The notes: a model not told the origin generated them from the letters alone. Shown: positions 1 through 9,855, counted from the first letter of the stretch. The stretch: DNA of 64,000 nucleotides from Chloroflexota bacterium (GCA_016189905.1 JACPRP010000019.1:7171-71170), one strand, 5' to 3'. Program-made: numbers and translations.

Positions 1-15
1 ACAGTAACTGGTCCG

Positions 16-657
16 TTGAAGATTCTCCTGGCAACGAACAATCCGGGGAAAGTGCGGGAGTATCGCGACCTCCTTTCGCGAAAGGTTTCGGGCAGGTCAG
101 CTCCCGCAGCCCCGCTTAACACGTCAATCACTTTGTTTACTCCGGCCGATCTCGGAATCGACATCTCCGTAGAGGAAACTGGGACGACCTTCGCGGAGAA
201 TGCCACCATCAAAGCCAGAGCCTTCGCCTCCGCCAGCGGTAGCTTCGCCCTCGCCGATGATTCAGGACTTGAAATCGACGCCCTTGGCGGTGAGCCCGGC
301 GTCCGATCGTCCCGCTATGCAGGCCCTACTGATGCCGACCGCATCAGAGCGGTGCTGGCCAAGCTCGGGGACCTGCCACTCGAGAAACGTACCGCTCGCT
401 TTCGGTGCGTCGTGGCCCTCGCCGGCCCAACCGGCCAACTCTGGACTAGCGAAGGCACTTGCGAAGGGCTCATCGCTTTCTCGCCACGAGGCCGAGGCGG
501 CTTCGGCTACGATCCCATTTTCTATCTGCCCTCACTCGGCCGCACGATGGCTCAGATTCCGCGGTACCTCAAGAACACTATTAGCCACCGTGCTCACGCC
601 CTTCAGGGCCTTCGTCCAATCATCGCCAGCCTCGCAACAACAACGCCAGACCCTTGA
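16..657 (+). CDS. rdgB: RdgB/HAM1-family non-canonical purine NTP pyrophosphatase
   Basis: 213-aa ORF with TTG start. The N-terminal KILLATNNPGKVRE and the C-terminal FGYDPIF and ISHRAHA motifs are typical of the Ham1/RdgB family. Confidence 0.9.
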   Translation: MKILLATNNPGKVREYRDLLSRKVSGRSAPAAPLNTSITLFTPADLGIDISVEETGTTFAENATIKARAFASASGSFALADDSGLEIDALGGEPGVRSSRYAGPTDADRIRAVLAKLGDLPLEKRTARFRCVVALAGPTGQLWTSEGTCEGLIAFSPRGRGGFGYDPIFYLPSLGRTMAQIPRYLKNTISHRAHALQGLRPIIASLATTTPDP

Positions 658-805
658 TCTTTAATTACGGAGCTTTTCACGAGCGTTCGTCGCTCGGTGC
701 TCTGCTGATGGCACGTTTGAAACCGTACCCAAGAACATTCGCTAATATTTGCTTCTACGTTAATGTCTCAATAGATGCTACCCTACCGTATAGCCGCACA
801 TCCGA

Positions 806-1131
<326 letters not shown>

Positions 1132-1283
1132 TTCCTCACTCGTTCCGTCGCACCCATCCACCCAAACAGCGCAACGGCCCTTCGGCGATCAATACGGCAC
1201 ATTCCCACACGATGCCGCTACACTTCATCCCCCAGTCCAGCGTTTCACCCAAAGGTTGGTGCATCCGTGCCCGGCGGGGGGCG

Positions 1284-1360
1284 CTATGAACCGGAACGCG
1301 ACGAACCGCGCCCCGATAAACTGTCGACGATCCAACGCTTTCGCTGAATGCTCTCAAGCG
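1284..1360 (+). repeat. REP-like ~75-bp dispersed repeat, copy A
   Basis: ATGAACCGGAACGCGACGAACCGCGCC...CCAACGCTTTCGC...ATGCTCT aligns at roughly 75% with 4116-4192 in the same orientation. It is not in a credible ORF. Confidence 0.7.
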
Positions 1361-1810
1361 CTGTCTCGCACACTGATCCCCCAACACTGTCAGCACCGCC
1401 TCACACCGGCTACACATCCTTCGCCCATCCATCATCCCTCGCCCGTTCTACCCCCTCATCTGGCGTCCTTGAAGCTAGCACTTCCCAGCACAAAACTCAT
1501 TCCGCGGCTAGCCGCATTCCTGGGCCTATCTCACATCAACCTCTCTGCATACGCCGCTCCGTGCGTCCCTAGTGCACAATCAGGCCACATTGGCGGGAAT
1601 GGCCCCGCCCATTCCTCCCGCTATACGGGATCCCACGCGCGTGACGCCTCACGTAAGGGGAATTTCATCCCGCCGAGCGAGAGAGCCACCGGCCTGATAG
1701 GCCACTAGGACATCCAGGCCTTCCAAGCCCGAGGCGTCTCTATATGGCCCAAAGCGACCCTCCAAGACAAGCGCGCTGTCTGTCATCCTGTCCCTGAAAC
1801 CGGTTCAGGC

Positions 1811-2362
1811 TTAACGCCAGGGCCACCAGCCACGCCTCGGTTCCTTCCGTCGCCCTGCACCACCCTCAGGACTCACATTCTCAAGCAACTCCCCCACCTT
1901 CGCCTCAAGCGCCTCCATGCGCGCCTCCAAACGCTCAATTCTCCGTCCCTCCAACTCCAGCAGATCCCTGGAGGCCTGTAGCGCCTTATCGGCATTCCCC
2001 ACCGCCGCCTTTAACGTCTCGATCATGTCCACCACTACATCAGGAGACAATACACCACTTGTCGCCTCTCTTGGTGCCTCAGCCGGCTTAGCCTCCGCCT
2101 TGCCACGCGCCTTTACTCCTGCCATCGCCAGCTTTAGCTCAGCCAGCGTCTGGTCATACGTCAGGCCCTGGCCAAGCAGCTCCTTCGCGCGACTCAACAC
2201 CAGCACGTCCCGACTCGAGTACAGCCGATGCCCCCCTACCCCTGCCCCGCTCGCCGCCCCGGAGAGTAACTCCCGGAACTTGGCCGAGTAGATCCTCAAT
2301 GTACTCGGCGCCAAATCAAGCCGTTTGCACACCTCAGCCGGCTTCAGCAGCTCTTCGCTCAT
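1811..2362 (-). CDS. MerR-type HTH DNA-binding protein with C-terminal coiled coil (RacA-like architecture)
   Basis: LKPAEVCKRLDLAPSTLRIYSAKF...HRLYSSRDVLVLSRAKELL is a MerR-family wHTH. The C-terminal RDLLELEGRRIERLEARMEALEAKVGELL is heptad-like. The likely start is ATG 2362 (MSEELL) behind GGAAGGGGG; the ORF extends to a GTG at 2392. Confidence 0.75.
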   Translation of the reverse strand: MSEELLKPAEVCKRLDLAPSTLRIYSAKFRELLSGAASGAGVGGHRLYSSRDVLVLSRAKELLGQGLTYDQTLAELKLAMAGVKARGKAEAKPAEAPREATSGVLSPDVVVDMIETLKAAVGNADKALQASRDLLELEGRRIERLEARMEALEAKVGELLENVSPEGGAGRRKEPRRGWWPWR

Positions 2363-2405
2363 CGCCAGACCCCCTTCCCCTGCCCCGTTCACCCTTTCTC
2401 ATAAT

Positions 2406-2532
2406 CGCCATGTCCCGCCATCCATAGCCAGCGTCCAGACTATCCGCCATGGCGTTTTCAGCAGCCGCCATCTGCCGCCACGCCCCGCTATCGACCGCCA
2501 TGCAGCGCCACTATATTACCACAATTCGCCAC
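2406..2532 (+). repeat. Helically phased CGCCA[TC] hexamer array directly upstream of the MerR-like gene
   Basis: CGCCAT or CGCCAC at 2406, 2416, 2445, 2466, 2476, 2496, 2506 and 2527, plus AGCCAG at 2426. All spacings are multiples of ~10 bp. Confidence 0.7.
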
Positions 2533-3549
2533 CACTTACAAGGACATGGCGTTTGTGGCGCTAGATATCTAATCAGCCGTCGGCGCCACCGCAAGGCCCT
2601 GACTCGCACTCGCACACTCACCAAACGCAGCGGGCCTCGCAAATGACAGGGTCCTGGCTCGCCGGGCTCTTCGCGTCCCCCAGTGGTCCCAGTGCCACCC
2701 ACATCTCCGTCGCACGAAGTCCCGACAGCGATAACGCATCGGGTGTAGGCGCCAGATGGCGTACGATCTCCCACAACTCCTATGAGAGAAGATCCATCAT
2801 CAAGGCCTGTGCGGCCGCAGAGTCCTTCGGAAGCCGCCGAAGGTCATTGGTGAGTGCCCGAGGGACGTGGGGCGCCGCCCGGACGGGATATTTACGTCGG
2901 CAGGAGCTGCGAGAACGATGCTCCCATCCTTCCCCAGGAAGAAGCGCTTATCCGGCGGGAAAGGGTGGCATAGAGCTCCCAGAAGGGGTGTCGCTCGTAC
3001 ACCACAGCGGTTTGCCAGTGATCGTCAATACTGTTGCATAGCTATTGCATATCACGTGTGTAGTGACGCTCCAGAGATCCAGAAAGGCCAGCTAGCTATG
3101 CTCCACTAGCCGCCAGGCCTGCATCTCTCGCGCGCGCGTTATCGATCCGGCACTGAGCATCGCTGACCCACGAAGCCCCCGCCTGGAAGAAATTCGGCGT
3201 ATCTGCGTCCTTCCACCGAGGTTAAGACCTTAGAAAACGCAGTATGGACCGCCTCAGGCGCCTCGCCAACCCCTAAACAGAGCTGGGGCTGGGCATAATA
3301 GTTATGTCGAATACGTCACACACCGCCATGTGCCCGCCATGGCGGTTAATTGGGGTCCTCTATTATGTCATGTATCCGTTATGTCTGGCCAGCTCTTGGG
3401 TATGGCAGCCTGGAGCGTGTGGATGGGGGTCTGGATGGGGGTCCGGAGACTTGCCGCAGCCTTTTCCAGTCCTTCATCCACTACTCTGAGCAATCGCAGC
3501 CGTGCTACAGCGCTTTGCGTCCGTGTTGACCAGTCAGTTCTCTGCTGAG

Positions 3550-3612
3550 GGCGACTGCCAGTCGCCCCTACTGCCAGCCCCTACAGCCAGTCCTTACACA
3601 GTCGCCCCTACA
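3550..3612. repeat. REP-like hairpin plus repeated CAGTCGCCCCTAC units
   Basis: Hairpin GGCGACT-GCC-AGTCGCC at 3550-3566. AGTCGCCCCTAC is repeated at 3560 and 3600, with degenerate copies between them. Confidence 0.6.
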
Positions 3613-4040
3613 CAGCCTAGATAACAGCTCAATCTTTTCGCAAAACGCTATAAGACCTGGCGCTCCCCCATGGTGTCAGCTTCCACCTCACCCTCCCCTC
3701 CCAGATCCTCCTCAATCTGCGCCGCGTCGCCACAAAGGCAGACACTGCCGACAGGGTCGCTCACACTGGTTGCCCAATCAGTGGGTAGGGAAAGGGACGA
3801 TACACAGGGCTACCGAGAGACCTGGAATATCACAAGATGCTGGTGATCAAAAGGTTAACCACGGTCGGTGGTGCAAGGCCCAGTCAACGTGGGGGCTTCT
3901 GGAGACACATCCAAGGGTGCTGCGCCTCGGCATGATCGGGTCCTTCAGAGAAAGACTTCGCTAATGAAGGGCTCTTTCCAGCGGGCGCGGGAATCGCCCT
4001 GGCGGCTCGTGTTTCCACGACTGTTAGAACACTGCCACCC

Positions 4041-4068
4041 CCGTGTCCCTCTACCCCGTGTCCCTCTA
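4041..4068. repeat. 14-bp tandem duplication CCGTGTCCCTCTAC x2
   Basis: Two exact adjacent copies, read directly from the sequence. Confidence 0.9.
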
Positions 4069-4115
4069 CAACGTTTTGCGCACAGATTGGCGTATTGATG
4101 CTCGCGAGTGGGATG

Positions 4116-4192
4116 CGATGAATCGGAACGCGATGAATTGCGCGCCTACGAATTGCCAACGCTCCAATGCCTTCGCAAAATGCTCTAGCGAG
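4116..4192 (+). repeat. REP-like ~75-bp dispersed repeat, copy B
   Basis: Aligns with 1284-1360 (ATGAATCGGAACGCGATGAATTGCGCGCC...CCAATGCCTTCGC...ATGCTCT). Confidence 0.7.
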
Positions 4193-4869
4193 CAGCACAG
4201 GGCTGGTTGGTGTCGCAAGCGTCTTCTTTGCCGCGAAGGCGCCCTCCCCTACCCTCTCAAGGCCTTATACAAAGATCCGGTCACACTTTGCCCGCTATAA
4301 GGGTTCTCGTACGCATCTAGGCAGCGACAGAGCGGCGGAGCAATCGGCGGTAGTAGACGAAGGAGTGTGAAAGCAAAATGGGTTGTTCACGGTGTCAATG
4401 GATGCGAAAGGGATAAACAGATGTGCGTGGCACCGAGGCCGGAGGCATTAGAACTGTTGTACATCTCCGGCCAGAGTTACCGTGAACCGAAACTCTCCCG
4501 TTCCGTTCTCAGCCTGATCCTCTCACTCAGGCTGACCTCTCAGGTTCGCATCTGCGTTCGGCGGGCAATTCGTATTGGTGCAAGGGCAATGTCTTGGCCA
4601 AAGGCGGTGAAATCCACCGACAGGCCTGTCAGTGCGCCCGTCAGGCCTGTCAGTCCGGCCGTAGGCGAAGCGCTGCTTGAGCGATGGCCAACTCTCGGCG
4701 CGTCATCTCTCGCAATCGGTACCGACGGCCATCTTGGCTATCGAGGCGTAAGGAAAGCTTCCGGTCCGTGGGCTTTCGAGGACGCCGGGACGGATGAGAC
4801 AGAAGGAGATGAAGACCGGCGTTGGCAGAGCGATCTTCCAGGGAGGTCAAAGCCGCGTCCGGATATGTA

Positions 4870-5260
4870 AGCTCATACAATAGTGCGGCTATACGGCAGT
4901 TATGATCTACTCACGTTCGTCTATACGTCAGTAGTACCGCACATACCGTGTGGCTCACCGGCGTACTAACGCACAGCCTTTATAGCTCACATCATCCATG
5001 TAATATATCACCTAGTAGTAATAGCGGTGGTACTATCTAACATGCTATCCATTGTTATATACTTCTGTGCGCCATAATATTATCCAGTTTATACGGCATT
5101 GCTACAAGACTGCTATGCTATGATGGTGCCATAGTGCTATGATGGTATGGTGGTATACTAATATGTGGTTGTGCTGCTATGGCGCTATGGCGCTATGTGT
5201 ACCAAGTTATATACTTGCCTACATCCACGCATACATACTGCCATATTGCAGCCGGCATAT
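4870..5260. other. AT-rich non-coding block with GCTATG(G) short repeats
   Basis: Visibly lower GC than the flanks. There are seven GCTATG copies in ~90 bp, including the 8-bp tandem GCTATGGC GCTATGGC GCTATGTG at 5174-5197 and GCTATGATGGT x2. No ORF here has a protein-like sequence. Confidence 0.7.
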
Positions 5261-5526
5261 TGCGAGCGTGCGGCCAACGACGAGAGAAACATCCGAAATG
5301 GATACTCCTTCTGTGGGCGGGGGACGTCGGGTTCTGGCGGGATAGTAGGTGGATGGCGGTCCGTCCGGAGAATGAGAAGAGCTGGACGACAGGAAGGGTA
5401 GAGAGGTTATTCGTGTTCTTTTTCTTTCGATGGATTTGGCAGGGCGAGGCCCGCAGAGTAGCTTGGCGGTGAGGTATGGTACGGCGCGCGACGCTTGATA
5501 GAGGGAATGCAGGTGAAGCTTTTTCG

Positions 5527-5871
5527 TCAGGGACTCTGCCGCAGGCCCTTCTTGATGCGGTGGATGAGATCTTCCTCTCGCCGGAGCGTCGTGAGATCGA
5601 TGGGGGCTTCCATCGCGATATCGATTAGCGCTCGAATGATAGCCGCCTTCCGAATGGCGCGGCCTCCTTTGCGACGTGCGTCCCGGCAACGGTCCTCAAG
5701 CCAGTCGATATGCCGCTCCTCAAGAAAAACTGCTGACTGGCGGGTCACCGCCTTCTCAGGCTCCTCCTCGCTGCGCAACTGCTCTCCTACCGTCTGGCGC
5801 ACCATCGTCTCTGGTGGCTTGTAGAAAACGGTCTTCCCCTCAGGAACCTGGATGCGCTTGGCCATTGTCAA
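5527..5871 (-). CDS. Small ribbon-helix-helix-like putative centromere-binding/partition partner of ParA
   Basis: 114-aa ORF overlapping the parA 3' end (operon-like). QSAVFLEERHIDWLEDRC...GRAIRKAAIIRALIDIA fits a strand-helix-helix (CopG/ParG-like) pattern. No ParB/Spo0J domain is present. Confidence 0.5.
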   Translation of the reverse strand: MTMAKRIQVPEGKTVFYKPPETMVRQTVGEQLRSEEEPEKAVTRQSAVFLEERHIDWLEDRCRDARRKGGRAIRKAAIIRALIDIAMEAPIDLTTLRREEDLIHRIKKGLRQSP

Positions 5872-6619
5872 TCTCCTTGGCTAGTTCTCGATAAGCTCGT
5901 GCGCCTTCGCTGTTGGATGCGTAGTGCAGGATGGACTTGCCCGTGATCGGGGTCTCCTTGAATCTGACGCTTTCTCTTATCACGATCTGGTAGACGTGGT
6001 ATTGCTGGCCCAGGGCCTCCCGCGTTTGTTCGAGAATTTCCTTAGCGTGAAGTGTCCGACTATCGAAGCGCGTGGGAAGAATGCCAGTGACCGTCAGGTC
6101 TGGATTCACTTCCTCTTGAATCTCACTGATGGTATCCAGCATCAGCCTGACGCCTAGCATCGTGTAGTAATCGCACGTCATAGGGATAAGCACGGTATGG
6201 GCCGCGGAAAGGCAATTGACGGTCAAGAGACCGAAAGAAGGAGGGCAATCAAGCAAAATGTAGTCATAGCTCGAAGCCACCGACTTCAAAGCGTTGCGCA
6301 GCTTGTCCTCGCGGCGATTGCTGTTCACAAGCTGTAACTCCGCCGCCGAAAGATGGATGTTTGCGGGAGCAAGATCGACGCACTCCTCGACATTGATGAC
6401 GATATCGGGCAGACGCAAACTGCCCAGGAGCACGTGGTAGATGGTCTTGTCCAGCAGATGCAGCGGCACGCCACAGCCCTCCGAAAGGCTGGCCTGCGGA
6501 TCGACGTCAACCAAAAGCACCCGTCTGCCCCGCTCTGCCAGAGCAGAACCCAAGGACCTGGTGGTGGTTGTCTTGCCCGATCCACCTTTCTGGTTGGCGA
6601 TTGCTATCACTCGCGCCAC
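5840..6619 (-). CDS. parA: ParA/Soj-family partition ATPase (deviant Walker A)
   Basis: VIAIANQKGGSGKTTT deviant Walker A and LLVDVDPQASL, 259 aa, GTG start. Confidence 0.9.
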   Translation of the reverse strand: MARVIAIANQKGGSGKTTTTRSLGSALAERGRRVLLVDVDPQASLSEGCGVPLHLLDKTIYHVLLGSLRLPDIVINVEECVDLAPANIHLSAAELQLVNSNRREDKLRNALKSVASSYDYILLDCPPSFGLLTVNCLSAAHTVLIPMTCDYYTMLGVRLMLDTISEIQEEVNPDLTVTGILPTRFDSRTLHAKEILEQTREALGQQYHVYQIVIRESVRFKETPITGKSILHYASNSEGARAYRELAKEIDNGQAHPGS

Positions 6620-6637
6620 GCCTGCGCCCCCGCCCCA

Positions 6638-6703
6638 TCACATATGTGACATTATAGTGTTGTAAGCCAGGCGCATTATAGATTGCGGTTTCGGGGTTGT
6701 CAA
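6638..6703 (-). promoter_or_regulatory. Perfect consensus sigma-70-type promoter for parA plus palindromic operator
   Basis: On the minus strand: TTGACA (6698-6703), a 17-nt spacer, then TATAAT (6675-6680). A second TATAAT lies at 6651-6656. The 12-bp perfect palindrome TCACATATGTGA (6638-6649) sits between the promoter and the GTG start. Confidence 0.7.
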
Positions 6704-6793
6704 GTAGCTTTCCGCCGATGCGGGTATCTGCTCAAGAGTAGGATGCGCAAAACTGGACACTGCAATGGCGACTGTGTTATCCTCTAATACGCT

Positions 6794-9646
6794 ATGGCAG
6801 AACAGATCTACGTCTCGATAGATATGGAAATGACGAGTGCCCGTCCCGAAAACCAGGAAATCCTGGAGATCGCGGCCGTGAAGTTCCGTGGCACAGAGGT
6901 GCTGGATAGCTGGTCTACGCTGGTCAACCCCCGCTGCTCGATACCTTATAGCATTCAGATGCTGACCGGCATCAAGCAAGAGGACGTCAACCGGGCCCCG
7001 GCGCTCGCCGAGGTGATCGGAGATTTCCTGAAGTTTGTGAAGAACTATCCTCTTATCGCGCATTCTGTGGCCGCCGACGTGACCTGCCTCGATCGCAAAG
7101 GCGTTCATCTCGATAATCAGCAGATCGACACTTTCGAGCTGGCGTGCATTTTGCTGCCTCATCTGGCCAGCTATAGTCTGGAATCTGTGGCCACCTACCT
7201 CAACGTCTCGTTTAGAAAAACGCATCGTGCGGCGGATGACGCGCTTACGCAGAAAGAGGTGCTTGTCGCCCTTGTGAGACGTGCCGAAGAGCTTGACCTA
7301 TCGATCGTGCAAGAGATCAATAGATTGGTTGCCCCGACGACGTGGCAGATGAAGGAGATCTTCCGCGAGATCGAGCGCCGCAAGTCGTTTTCAGCCTTTG
7401 GTGGCAGCTCCATTCGCCAGCAACTCGCGGCAAAGAGCGGCCTCGAGGTAGCGGCTCTGGACCTGGCATTTGTCGCAGAGGAACCTGAAGAACCGTTGGT
7501 TCCAGCGTCAAAGCGGCGCCCTATCGATAAACTGGCCTTGAAGTCTATGCTTGGTCCCGACGGACTTTTCTCTCAGAAATTCGATAGGTACGAGCACCGT
7601 CCACAACAAGTGCAGATGATGGAAGCCGTCGCCGACGCCTTCGACAATGGCGAGAACCTGATCGTCGAGGCCGGAACCGGGACCGGCAAATCCGTGGCAT
7701 ATCTCTTGCCCGCCGCGCATTTTGCGGTGCAAAACAGCGAAAGGGTGGTCGTTTCAACGAACACCATCAACCTTCAGGACCAGCTTTTTAATAAAGACAT
7801 CCCATCGCTCCAAAGCATTCTGCCGTTCGCTTTCAAGTCGGCACTGGTGAAAGGCAGAAGCAACTACCTGTGCCTAAGTAGATGGGCCGCTCTGCAGCGA
7901 CATCACGAGATCAAGCCTGAGGAAATCCAGACGCTGATCAAGATACTCATCTGGCTGCCCACCACGCAGACAGGCGACGTCGCCGAACTGAGCCGGCTAT
8001 CCGGCGATGAGGCGGGCGTTTGGAAAAGGATATCGGCCGCGAACGAAGGGTGTAACGGCAGCCAGTGCACACACTTCAGGAAAGGGACCTGCTTCCTTTA
8101 TCGAGCCCGTCGCAAGGCAGAAAGCTCGCATATCATCGTGGCAAACCACGCGCTCGTTCTCAGCGATCTGGCCTCCGATGGCGTCTTGCCCGATTATGAT
8201 TATCTGATCGTCGACGAGGCCCAACACCTGGAAGCCGAGGCCACCGAACAGCTCGGGTTTTCAGTAAGAGAAAGCGAGCTACTCGCCACCCTTAACGAAC
8301 TGGCCCGTCGCGGCGACGGTGACCGGGATCGACAGATCGGCCTTCTCCCGGATCTCAAGAATCACTTCCGGGGCAGTGAAGTTCCTGCCCGTGTGCAAAA
8401 GGACCTTGAAGCGTTGGCGGGCAAATTGGTGAACGAAGTCGAGGAAGCGCGAGGGGCGGCGACGTTGTTCTTCGATCGCCTCAACGATTTCCTTCTGCAG
8501 CACACGAGGGACAACAAGGGCTATGAAATCCGTCTGTTGCTCACGGGAGGAATACGACGCCAGCCCGCATGGGATGACATCGAGCTGACCCTCGAATCGC
8601 TTTCATCTCCTTTGAAGGCCATCAGCAATGGCCTCACCAGTTTACTCACGGTGTTGTCGGAGCTTGAAAGCTACAAGGTGCTCGACTACGACGCGCTGAT
8701 GGCAGATTTGACCAGACAGGCGCGGTTCCACGAAAGCGTTCTCGAACAAACGCAGGTCCTGGTCCTTAACCCACAGGCAGACGGAATCTACTGGATCTCG
8801 ATGGGGGCGCACCGCAACGATGTTGCATTGCATTCGGCGCCGCTGCACGTCGGCCAGGCATTGCAGGCTAAACTGTACTCGACCAAGGAATGTGTTGTCC
8901 TTACCTCGGCCACGCTGAGCACCGAGCGCAAGTTCGACTTCATCGCCGAGCGCCTCGGGTTCGCAGAGGCCAATCAAGTTATCGTCGATTCCCCATTCGA
9001 TTACTCGCGCTCTACGCTGGTCTATGTGCCCACCGATATGCCTGAGCCGGAGAAGCCCTACTACCAGAAGCACCTGCAGCAAAGCATCCTGGATATTTGC
9101 GGCGCCACAGGTGGACGCGCGCTCGTGCTTTTTACCTCACACAGCCAGCTGCGCTTGACCTGGCAGGCCATTCGCCACCCCTTGCAGGACCAAGGCATCC
9201 TTGTTCTCGGGCACAACGTGGACGGCATGCCCCGCAGGCAACTGCTTCAAACGTTCAAGACTAATCCGAAGACCGTGTTACTGGGAGCGGCGAGCTTCTG
9301 GGAAGGGATCGACGTCGTCGGCGACGCGCTCAGCGTGTTAATCATTACGCGCCTTCCCTTCGCGGTGCCGTCCGACCCGGTGTTTGCGGCGCGTAGCGGG
9401 CAGTTCCGTGATCCCTTCCGCGAGTTTAGTCTGCCGCAGACCATTCTGCGCTTCAAGCAAGGTTTTGGCCGACTCATCCGCAGCCAGAGTGATCGAGGCG
9501 TGGTCGTGATCCTCGACAGCCGTATTTCATCCAAATCCTATGGAAAAGCCTTCATCTCCTCCTTGCCGTCCTGCAGCTTCCGATATGGTCCCCTGCACCA
9601 GGCCGCCCATCAGACTATCGATTGGTTATCGCCTGTTTCCAGATAG
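6794..9646 (+). CDS. dinG: DinG-family ATP-dependent DNA helicase with N-terminal DEDDh 3'-5' exonuclease domain
   Basis: The N-terminus has the DMEMT (Exo I) and HRAADDA (Exo III) motifs. Helicase motifs are AGTGTGKS (Walker A) and DEAQH. A Cys cluster (YLCLS, GCNGSQC, GTCF) suggests an Fe-S domain. Confidence 0.85.
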   Translation: MAEQIYVSIDMEMTSARPENQEILEIAAVKFRGTEVLDSWSTLVNPRCSIPYSIQMLTGIKQEDVNRAPALAEVIGDFLKFVKNYPLIAHSVAADVTCLDRKGVHLDNQQIDTFELACILLPHLASYSLESVATYLNVSFRKTHRAADDALTQKEVLVALVRRAEELDLSIVQEINRLVAPTTWQMKEIFREIERRKSFSAFGGSSIRQQLAAKSGLEVAALDLAFVAEEPEEPLVPASKRRPIDKLALKSMLGPDGLFSQKFDRYEHRPQQVQMMEAVADAFDNGENLIVEAGTGTGKSVAYLLPAAHFAVQNSERVVVSTNTINLQDQLFNKDIPSLQSILPFAFKSALVKGRSNYLCLSRWAALQRHHEIKPEEIQTLIKILIWLPTTQTGDVAELSRLSGDEAGVWKRISAANEGCNGSQCTHFRKGTCFLYRARRKAESSHIIVANHALVLSDLASDGVLPDYDYLIVDEAQHLEAEATEQLGFSVRESELLATLNELARRGDGDRDRQIGLLPDLKNHFRGSEVPARVQKDLEALAGKLVNEVEEARGAATLFFDRLNDFLLQHTRDNKGYEIRLLLTGGIRRQPAWDDIELTLESLSSPLKAISNGLTSLLTVLSELESYKVLDYDALMADLTRQARFHESVLEQTQVLVLNPQADGIYWISMGAHRNDVALHSAPLHVGQALQAKLYSTKECVVLTSATLSTERKFDFIAERLGFAEANQVIVDSPFDYSRSTLVYVPTDMPEPEKPYYQKHLQQSILDICGATGGRALVLFTSHSQLRLTWQAIRHPLQDQGILVLGHNVDGMPRRQLLQTFKTNPKTVLLGAASFWEGIDVVGDALSVLIITRLPFAVPSDPVFAARSGQFRDPFREFSLPQTILRFKQGFGRLIRSQSDRGVVVILDSRISSKSYGKAFISSLPSCSFRYGPLHQAAHQTIDWLSPVSR

Positions 9647-9714
9647 CGTGAATGAGCGCGATGTGATAGAATTCTCAGCAACGTCCCTTATGACCTGGAT
9701 CGCGCCTTAGCGTT

Positions 9715-9855
9715 AGTGCAGTTTGCGCTGGTATATGATACCCCGCCCAGGGCAACACGCCGGCCTCGATACGTCTCAAGGTGTGCGATGTATCGGGGTA
9801 GAGGATTGCCCCTACGCCGCCCGGTCGATTGCTAAAACCTATCGCAAACTGTCGT
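9715..9855. mobile_element. MITE-like non-autonomous element, CAGTTTGC-terminus family, copy 1
   Basis: GCAGTTTGCG (9718-9727) and CGCAAACTGT (9844-9853) form 9/10 terminal inverted repeats. Both ends align with the element at 51986-52135 (GCTAAAACCTATCGCAAACTG vs GCCAAAATCCTCTGCAAACTG). Confidence 0.5.

Noticed and set aside
2643-4870. Medium ORFs 2643-3041, 3884-4198 and 4367-4870 as real genes.
   Set aside because: No recognisable motifs and no RBS. They span REP-like hairpins and tandem duplications, and their composition is atypical compared with neighbouring genes. I cannot exclude small proteins without expression data.
2400-5500. Possible CRISPR array or other interspaced repeat system in the gene-free stretch.
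   Set aside because: The repeats are only 6-14 bp, irregular in sequence context, and lack the 25-40-bp repeat/spacer periodicity. There are no cas genes.
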